DNA of 13,428 nucleotides from a bacterium (GTDB taxonomy: Bacteria > Patescibacteriota > Microgenomatia > Daviesbacterales > UBA10151), in the NCBI GenBank assembly GCA_021786105.1, contig JAJYNW010000023.1, positions 1 through 13,428 of the forward strand, written 5' to 3'. The position numbers and the translations under genes were made by a program. The notes under the pieces were generated by a model. The model did no database searches. It saw nothing but the letters and a program-made list of their open reading frames with translations, and was not told the origin of the DNA. Below are positions 1-5,663 of this stretch, in pieces; positions within the stretch are counted from its first letter, which is position 1, and every line of letters starts with the position of its first letter.

Positions 1-260
1 TACCAGAAACTCCAAAAACAATATTACTGGATAGCTAAAGATATCTGTGCTTTTCCACCCTTGCTACTGGATAATATTTCCACTACTATTGGTCCTTGGG
101 GTGGATACAATCACCTAGCTCATTACCATTAGCACCTTTTAAAACTACGCTGTAATTGCTTTTTATTTGCTTGTGCTTCTTCTAAAATTTCTCCACATTC
201 TATAACATACTTTAAAACAGGACATTGCCAAAAGCAGAATCAAAAATTATATAGGTTAGC

Positions 261-289
261 TTGACAAAGTACGGACTTAGTACTACTAT
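261..289 (+). promoter_or_regulatory. sigma70-type promoter for the putative ncRNA
   Basis: TTGACA (261-266), 17-bp spacer, TACTAT (284-289); predicted start near 296, with no credible CDS downstream. Confidence 0.75.
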
Positions 290-295
290 TAAATC

Positions 296-630
296 ATCCT
301 AAAGGACATTAAGTCGATGGCCTGAAGGACTGCCCTTAGATAGACGCGCAAGCGAACTGTCACAGGGATTGAAAAATCCCTACTTAGCACGTTTAAAGCC
401 AGTATATTTTTCTTCACTGATTCGATTCTTTATGGGAGTTCGCAGTTGCGACCTGATACGACCAGTATCGGACTCACAGAACACCCACCTTAGCTATGCT
501 GAGGGAAAAATCTGGCTGACGACTAGTGTAGGGAGGAATTATTCTTCAAAGAAGAACAATTTTTCGAAGGAAGTATATTTTCCTTTTATATACTTCTTGT
601 ACCTACATCGCAGATTAAATCTGCAATTTT
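296..630 (+). ncRNA. putative structured non-coding RNA, family not recognised
   Basis: Nested helices: GATAG/CTGTC with a CGC-GCAA-GCG cap (339-361); TCCCTAC 377-383/GTAGGGA 528-534; AGCCAG 397-402/CTGGCT 512-517; a three-way junction GAGT 436-439/ACTC 472-475 enclosing two hairpins; CCTTAGC/GCTGAGG 488-504; TTCTTC/GAAGAA 542-556; GAAGTATAT/ATATACTTC 570-596. Imperfect pairs are G-U on the + strand, and the region sits between a promoter and a terminator-like hairpin. Confidence 0.6.
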
Positions 631-632
631 TC
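610..632 (+). terminator. possible intrinsic terminator
   Basis: GCAGAT-TAA-ATCTGC hairpin followed by AATTTTT and a further T-run at 641-647. Confidence 0.4.
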
Positions 633-669
633 TGGATATCTTTTTTTCTTCTTCACCAAACCTATTTTA

Positions 670-678
670 TGCTAAAAT
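670..678 (+). promoter_or_regulatory. extended -10 promoter for tRNA-Thr(UGU)
   Basis: TG-C-TAAAAT ending 17 nt before the tRNA 5' end. Confidence 0.45.
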
Positions 679-695
679 GTGTTTACCAAAAATAA

Positions 696-766
696 GCCTC
701 CTTAGCTCAGTGGCAGAGCAGCGGTTTTGTAAACCGTCGACAACAGTTCGATTCTGTTAGGGGGCT
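696..766 (+). tRNA. tRNA-Thr(TGT)
   Basis: Cloverleaf: acceptor GCCTCCT/AGGGGGC, D-stem GCTC/GAGC, anticodon arm GCGGT-TT TGT AA-ACCGT, T-arm AACAG-TTCGATT-CTGTT, discriminator T. Followed by CCCA rather than an exact CCA. Confidence 0.93.
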
Positions 767-771
767 CCCAC

Positions 772-1347
772 TTAAACATTGACCTTTTTAAGGATTTTCT
801 TCCAAGCAATTGTTCCCAGCAAATAAATTGCCACCAAACCCAGAATTTGGGCTACAATTGAACTAGATTGAGAAAAGTGATTGCTAAACAAATCTACCAA
901 ATTATCAGATAATTTTTTGGTTAGAGAGACCCAAAAAGTGTAACTAATCAACCTGCCTGCAAAAAAAGAGGCAGCCAACAGCCTAATTCTCATTTGTGCC
1001 AGACCGGCAGCAATAAAAACATTGTTTGAAGGAATGGGTAAAAAAGCATAAGCAATCACCAAAGGGATAGTAACTTTGTGATGCTTATTTAAATAGACTC
1101 CAATACTGGCATAATTCTCCTTTAAATCTTTTGGCAAAAGGCGCCGAAAAAAAATTCGAGACATGCCTGCCAAGATAATTCGGCCAAGGGTAGCAAAAGT
1201 AGCCCCAATTAACACCACCGGCAAAATCTGCATATGATATTTAGTCACAAAAAATGCCAAAATTATCCAAGTTGGCGGCATAAATGCCGGGATCACATTA
1301 ATCCCTAAAACAACACTGGCCAAAAACCCGTAAAGACCTAAAATCAT
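772..1347 (-). CDS. DedA/VTT (SNARE-associated)-like membrane protein
   Basis: 191 aa, multiple hydrophobic segments, Pro-rich re-entrant-type motifs (IPAFMPPTW; FLPIPSNNVFIAAG) and 'FFAGRLISY', typical of the DedA superfamily. Confidence 0.65.
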   Translation of the reverse strand: MILGLYGFLASVVLGINVIPAFMPPTWIILAFFVTKYHMQILPVVLIGATFATLGRIILAGMSRIFFRRLLPKDLKENYASIGVYLNKHHKVTIPLVIAYAFLPIPSNNVFIAAGLAQMRIRLLAASFFAGRLISYTFWVSLTKKLSDNLVDLFSNHFSQSSSIVAQILGLVAIYLLGTIAWKKILKKVNV

Positions 1348-1395
1348 AGGTATAGTGTAACAGATTCTGCTTTATTTAATCTCACCAAAACTAGT

Positions 1396-2556
1396 TCAAT
1401 AAATCTCCAAACCCGTTATTACATCAGTAATTCTAGTCTCAATACCGTTACTTTTAATATTAAGCACTGTTCCATCTGCCAAATCTCTTTGTGGCTTATC
1501 AGAATAAAGCAAAGCAAGATTTGATTCTCTTAAGACTTTTGTATCTTTATGGCTCAAAATCCCGCCGGAATCAAAAAAAAGATAGGCTTGCGGCTTATTT
1601 GCAATATGGGTAGGAAATCTTACTATTCTATGAATACTAGTTAAAAGTAAAGCTGGTAAATTGGTCTTCTGAGTTCTAGTAGAAGTTGAAACTTTCTCAT
1701 AGTTATCCCCTTCTTCATCTGTTACTCCAATGACAATCGGCTCAAAAGGACCGACCCTCCTGGAGTCGAATGTAAAATTGGCCATTTGTATTGGCTTAAA
1801 AGGACGGACTTGAAAAAGTTGGGTTGGCATTAAGCCAAATTCAATTTGATAGGTCCATCTCGGATCCATTTCCGGTAACTTGGTAATACAATCGTGCCAT
1901 CTGATTACTTCCCTCAGCTGCCTTTTTATTCCTTCTGTAAGAGTTATCAAATTTCTAACCCATGAGCCAAATTCTCTAAATCCCATCCCCTTCTCGTATG
2001 TTAATGTCTGCCTATAAACTGAATTACCTTCAGTAATAGTAGCCAAATAAAAATTGGGACGATTCGGGTGTTTGATGAAGGTGCCTCTATATAGCGAAGG
2101 CGCCACTTCTGCCGCAATCACATTAATCTCTGGAGGCAACTGATCCCTATCTACCATTTTTTGAGGAGAACAGGCAATCTCTCCAACTAAATCTTCTAAT
2201 CTCTGATTAAACTCTGCATCATCTACCAAAGGTCCAAATCCTCCGTCTAAATTAAAATATCTAAGGATTTTATCCTCACCTTTAAAAGTATCAACTGTAT
2301 GAGTAGGAAAAACTCCCTCAAAACCAACTAATTCCACTATCGCGCTGGAGCGGAATATCCTGGGCCAACCAATTCCGGCCTGATCCACCCTGGCTAAAAA
2401 ATCTCTGGGAGATTCACCAATCTCTCTGACTACCATCGGCATCTGCGGTATATGAAGCATATGCTGGACTACATGCTCCAAAAGTCCGGCTTTGGCCCCA
2501 TGCTGCCGAACTAACGCCTCAGGATATCTTAAATCCAGATTCTCTAATTGACTCAT
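1396..2556 (-). CDS. PPDK/PEP-synthase-like protein: N-terminal ATP-grasp domain plus C-terminal phospho-His swivel domain
   Basis: GAKAGLL (cf. GGKxxxL), FRSSAIVE..FEGVF (cf. VRSSAxxEDxxxxFAG), IEFG..QLFQVRP (cf. IEW..LQxRP), and DSGGILSHK..VLRE (cf. GGxxSHAAIVARE). ATG at 2556 preferred over TTG at 2595. Confidence 0.62.
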   Translation of the reverse strand: MSQLENLDLRYPEALVRQHGAKAGLLEHVVQHMLHIPQMPMVVREIGESPRDFLARVDQAGIGWPRIFRSSAIVELVGFEGVFPTHTVDTFKGEDKILRYFNLDGGFGPLVDDAEFNQRLEDLVGEIACSPQKMVDRDQLPPEINVIAAEVAPSLYRGTFIKHPNRPNFYLATITEGNSVYRQTLTYEKGMGFREFGSWVRNLITLTEGIKRQLREVIRWHDCITKLPEMDPRWTYQIEFGLMPTQLFQVRPFKPIQMANFTFDSRRVGPFEPIVIGVTDEEGDNYEKVSTSTRTQKTNLPALLLTSIHRIVRFPTHIANKPQAYLFFDSGGILSHKDTKVLRESNLALLYSDKPQRDLADGTVLNIKSNGIETRITDVITGLEIY

Positions 2557-2646
2557 AGTTTCTGGAATTTTACCTGAAATGTTACTTAGAAGCAAATACT
2601 TACTTTAAAAGGAATATTCTTATATTTTTGTAAATTAACACAATAA

Positions 2647-2668
2647 TATTACGATCGTGATAGTTTTG
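2647..2668. repeat. 22-bp direct repeat copy 1 with near-perfect palindrome (putative operator)
   Basis: TATTACGATCGTGATAGTTTTG; 21/22 identical to 3195-3216. Confidence 0.85.
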
Positions 2669-2679
2669 AATAAGAACAC

Positions 2680-3183
2680 TTATCTTCCAATGTCTTCGGA
2701 TTCCAAAACCATTACCCAATCTTCTATGCCTACCTGCTTGATAAAATTCCTCAAGGCTTTCGAACAATTCTTTTTTGACCCCCAAACTGATCGTTGAAAA
2801 TGCACAAATCCCCACTCTTTAAGTTTCTGTCGTAATAAATCTCTGGCCGGCCGTCTCTTTTCTGGAATATCAAAAATGATCAACCTCCATTTACCATCCC
2901 ATTTCTCGCCAGGCATCTTTAAAGCTGCCATTAGCGCCTTATCTTTACCTCGCTCACTTAATCTATAAAGCAATTTCTCATCACTAACCAGCTCAATCAA
3001 CCCTTTTTCTCTTAAACGTTTAAAAGCTTGCGCTAAAGATGTTTTCTTCAACGGATATTCCCAACCACTGCCATAAGCATAATAGCCTGGATTGTACATA
3101 AAATCTTCCAGTCTCACATAACCGTCCACGGATTTTTCCAGTGCAAATAAAATCAAATTTGTTAAACTCTTCTTAACTTTCAT
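2680..3183 (-). CDS. PaaX-family transcriptional regulator (winged helix + Cas2-like ferredoxin domain)
   Basis: wHTH segment 'SLAQAFKRLREKGLIE..YRLSERG' followed by the PaaX-type 'WDGKWRLIIFDIPEKRR..RDLLR..L..WGF..FQRSVW'. Confidence 0.85.
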   Translation of the reverse strand: MKVKKSLTNLILFALEKSVDGYVRLEDFMYNPGYYAYGSGWEYPLKKTSLAQAFKRLREKGLIELVSDEKLLYRLSERGKDKALMAALKMPGEKWDGKWRLIIFDIPEKRRPARDLLRQKLKEWGFVHFQRSVWGSKKNCSKALRNFIKQVGIEDWVMVLESEDIGR

Positions 3184-3192
3184 TAATTCATT

Positions 3193-3220
3193 ATTATTAC
3201 GATCGTAATAGTTTTGTCAA
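3193..3220 (-). promoter_or_regulatory. sigma70-type promoter of the PaaX-like gene (short or no leader)
   Basis: Minus-strand TTGACA (3220-3215), 16-bp spacer, AATAAT (3198-3193); the ATG at 3183 follows within about 10 nt, with no Shine-Dalgarno. Confidence 0.55.
3195..3216. repeat. 22-bp direct repeat copy 2 with perfect 16-bp palindrome (putative operator)
   Basis: TATTACGATCGTAATA (3195-3210) is a perfect palindrome, followed by GTTTTG. Confidence 0.85.
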
Positions 3221-3245
3221 TTACCTACTATCACATTAGCTATTA

Positions 3246-3274
3246 TTGGAAAACTGTATAAAATGATATAAAAT
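3246..3274 (+). promoter_or_regulatory. promoter for tRNA-Thr(GGU)
   Basis: TTGGAA (3246-3251), 17-bp spacer, TAAAAT (3269-3274), 11 nt before the tRNA. Confidence 0.55.
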
Positions 3275-3285
3275 AAACTCCGTTT

Positions 3286-3530
3286 GCCGAAGTGGCTCAG
3301 TGGTAGAGCACGTTCTTGGTGATCGCTCAAATTGCCCATCCAAATAGTAATATCTGGATGAATTCCGAATAACGGTTAAAGATTTTTTTAAAAAAGATTC
3401 AGACCGTGGCGCTTAAAATGCGCCCGAACGACTGACAAGGAGGTCCTTTTTTTATAGAGAAAGGATCAAGATACAGTCTAGCCAAAAGCGAAGAACGGGG
3501 TCACGGGTTCGATTCCCGTCTTCGGCTCCA
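3286..3530 (+). tRNA. tRNA-Thr(GGT), intron-containing; exons 3286-3320 and 3491-3530
   Basis: The joined exons give a clean 75-nt cloverleaf: GCCGAAG/CTTCGGC, GCTC/GAGC, CGTTC-TT GGT AA-GAACG, ACGGG-TTCGATT-CCCGT, T, CCA. Confidence 0.92.
3321..3490 (+). ncRNA. group I intron, 170 nt, inserted at tRNA position 36/37
   Basis: The 5' exon ends in U and the intron ends in G. P2 CATCCA/TGGATG with a GTAA loop; P3 TTCC/GGAG; P4 ACGGTT/GACCGT; P5; P6 GGCGC/GCGCC; P7 A(C)GACTG 3428-3434/CAGTCT 3474-3479; P8 GTCCTTT/AAAGGAT; J8/7 plus P7' AAGATACAGTC matches the S element. Confidence 0.9.
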
Positions 3531-3591
3531 TTATTACAATCTTAGCAAACAACCCGTTCGGGTCTTTGGTCTCACAAATCCTGAGAAGAAA

Positions 3592-3699
3592 ATGAATCTC
3601 CCCGACTTAAAAGTCGGGGTATCTTCTTCTCTGTTTCGAGAAAAGAGAGATTCATCCCCGCCATTAAAATGGCAAGGTTTTCTCTCGCAGAGAATAAAA
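3592..3699. mobile_element. non-autonomous IS200/IS605-type palindromic element (PATE/REP-doublet-like); boundaries approximate
   Basis: Two related GC-rich hairpins with TAAA loops, CCCCGACT-TAAA-AGTCGGGG (3600-3619) and CCCCGCCAT-TAAA-ATGGCAAGG (3656-3677), in ATGAAT../ATTCAT.. contexts that resemble IS200/IS605 ends; no transposase between them. Confidence 0.55.
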
Positions 3700-3895
3700 G
3701 AGGCTCAAGGGCGGGTATGTACTGTTGAATGCAGAAATACAAATGACGCAAACGCTTGCATAACTACTTGTTTGCAGAAATTCCAAAATCCTTCTCCTAA
3801 ATAATCTCAAATTAAAAACTTTATCCTAAATATCTTTCAATTTCTTTGTTAAGTTGTTTAAATTTTTGTATTGGAAGTTAAAGACTACAACAGAG

Positions 3896-4537
3896 TTATT
3901 TACAGAGGGTTAGATCTGTCCCAACCTCATATAAATTATTATCATCCCCGCCATCACTTTTAGCTTTATCTGCGTATTTAGAGGATTCTATCTTAGTATC
4001 CAGTTCCCAATCCTTTCCATCAGAACAATAATGGTAATAGTAGGTTGCGGAATTGACCGGATCGACAGGTAGACCTTTTGGTGGATACTGTGGGTCTCGC
4101 ACAGGCAGACTCATTCCTAATTTAGTAAAATTTACTTTAACCCAACCAGCCCCATCCAATGGGTTAGCTCCTGAGTCTATTGATTTACCTTCACAAGGTG
4201 GTGTTTGCCCGCTACACAACCAGCTGGCATCAGGAGACTCTTTTTGTGCATTTACCAACATCTCCTGTATATCAGCAAAGTCGGAAAAGCGTACAGCATC
4301 TCTAGCACGTTTTGTTAGCTCCAATGGGTTGATTGCTATTACTACAACAGCTGCCAAAACAGGAATCATAATTAAAAACAATACGGCAATCCCTGCTGAT
4401 AAGAGTATCTTGACCCATAAGGGCCACTTCATCCAAAGAAACATAAGTAGGACTCCAAGAGGGAAAAAGAACAGCAATGCGAGCACTGTTACAACAGTCT
4501 TCCACTTTGGTACTGATTGATTTTTATTAACAGCCAC
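3896..4537 (-). CDS. type IV pilin/pseudopilin-like protein (CPR type) without a prepilin cleavage motif
   Basis: LAAVVVIAINP..TKRARDAVRFSD..IQ pilin alpha-helix; LPVDP.N..YYY.YCSDG..WEL and DGG..YEVGT C-terminus; 4 Cys; GTG start. Confidence 0.7.
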   Translation of the reverse strand: MAVNKNQSVPKWKTVVTVLALLFFFPLGVLLMFLWMKWPLWVKILLSAGIAVLFLIMIPVLAAVVVIAINPLELTKRARDAVRFSDFADIQEMLVNAQKESPDASWLCSGQTPPCEGKSIDSGANPLDGAGWVKVNFTKLGMSLPVRDPQYPPKGLPVDPVNSATYYYHYCSDGKDWELDTKIESSKYADKAKSDGGDDNNLYEVGTDLTLCK

Positions 4538-4605
4538 TAAATTCAGTTAAAAATAATCTTGTAACAAAGTCAATAGCCATTTAATTTTTGAGCCTGAGTT
4601 GGCTA

Positions 4606-4635
4606 TTTACAAAGCTTACGTATTAACATTACTAT
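4606..4635 (+). promoter_or_regulatory. possible promoter for the 4662-7074 gene pair
   Basis: TTTACA, 18-bp spacer, TACTAT. Confidence 0.4.
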
Positions 4636-4661
4636 AGAATTAGATCGATAAGATTGAGACT

Positions 4662-5663
4662 ATGGAAGACAAAAATTGGAGTATTTCTGAGCTTTATAGT
4701 AAGAGCTGGCAAATTATTAAAGATAATAAAATACTCTGGTTATTTGGTATGGCTGCTGTTGGTCTTAGTTCTGGAAGTTCACGAACAAATATTAAATCCG
4801 GGGATATCGACTCTATAAGGAAATTTTTCCAGAATAACGACCCCGGTACTACTTCAAATAAAATAACTCAAGTATTAGGAGCTTCAACTGATACTTTTGC
4901 AGAAACCATTAAAAACTTGTTCTTTGCAGTGCCTATATGGGTGTATGTTTTGTTCGGCTTAGGTATACTACTACTCATCTTAGCAGGTATCGTCCTAAAT
5001 CTGATTTACTCCGCTTGGGCAAACGGAGCCTTGATTGCTGGTGTAAATGCAGGAACAGGTAGCCAAAAACCAACCATAAGCCAAAGCTCAAACAATGCTT
5101 TTCCAGCTATTAAAGGACTTATCTGGTTAAATATAATTCCTACACTAATATTCTTTTTAATTGCAGCCGCAGTATTAGGTATTCTTATCCTGGGAATTAT
5201 TTTACTTCCTTCTTTTTACAAAGCTATACCAATTATATTAACAGTGATAGCTGTGATTGGAGCTTTTATTGGTTGGCTTCTACTCACCTTAACTCAAATT
5301 TGGGCTAGTAGAAGGGTGGTAATAGATGGAAAACCTGGCAAACAATCTTTTCTTACTTCTTTTAAATTAGCCAAAGGAAGATTTTGGAAGATGTTAGGAT
5401 TAGGAATTGTTAATATATTAATATCACTAGCGGTCGGTTTTATTATTGCGTTTCCGTTACTAATAGCCGGAGGAATAACAATATTTAGCGTTTTGTTTTC
5501 CAAATCAAATTCATCTTTACTAGGCTTTGCAATTTTGAGCGTTATAGTCACCGCATTAATTTATATTTTTATCAGTCCTATTTTATTTGGCATTTTAAAC
5601 TCATTTAAAGCAACTGTTTGGACGCTAGCTTACAACAAAATTAAGGGAGAATATGACGAATAA
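4662..5663 (+). CDS. multi-pass membrane protein of unknown function
   Basis: 333 aa with about 6 hydrophobic segments and a 'SF.TSFKL.KG.FWK..GL' motif common in uncharacterised membrane-anchor families. Confidence 0.75.
   Translation: MEDKNWSISELYSKSWQIIKDNKILWLFGMAAVGLSSGSSRTNIKSGDIDSIRKFFQNNDPGTTSNKITQVLGASTDTFAETIKNLFFAVPIWVYVLFGLGILLLILAGIVLNLIYSAWANGALIAGVNAGTGSQKPTISQSSNNAFPAIKGLIWLNIIPTLIFFLIAAAVLGILILGIILLPSFYKAIPIILTVIAVIGAFIGWLLLTLTQIWASRRVVIDGKPGKQSFLTSFKLAKGRFWKMLGLGIVNILISLAVGFIIAFPLLIAGGITIFSVLFSKSNSSLLGFAILSVIVTALIYIFISPILFGILNSFKATVWTLAYNKIKGEYDE

Noticed and set aside
1-132. Open + strand frame ending in TAG at 132
   Set aside because: Only 43 codons with no recognisable motif; it cannot be supported as a gene end without upstream sequence.
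475-545. RNase P-like words (ACAGAA, GAGGAA)
   Set aside because: Wrong order, and no GAGGAAAGTCC/CGGCTTA P4 pseudoknot.
369-695. 108-aa + strand ORF
   Set aside because: TTG start without an RBS, F/Y/L-rich low-complexity tail from T-runs, and it overlaps the structured RNA, terminator and tRNA promoter; probably spurious.
2633-2660. dif-like site (minus-strand TTGTGTTAATT resembles a XerD arm)
   Set aside because: The XerC arm is a poor match, and the XerD-like arm is absent at the second repeat copy.
2600-2815. 71-aa alternate-frame ORF overlapping the PaaX-like gene
   Set aside because: Same-strand overlap with a well-supported gene; no recognisable motif.
2680-3183. CRISPR Cas2 / CRISPR array interpretation
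   Set aside because: The Cas2-like fold is part of a PaaX-type regulator; there are only two repeats 548 bp apart and no cas1 or spacer array.
3316-3492. Alternative splice registers giving anticodon GCG (Arg) or GGG (Pro)
   Set aside because: They break the exon-terminal U and/or intron-terminal G rule, and the acceptor stem is Thr-like.
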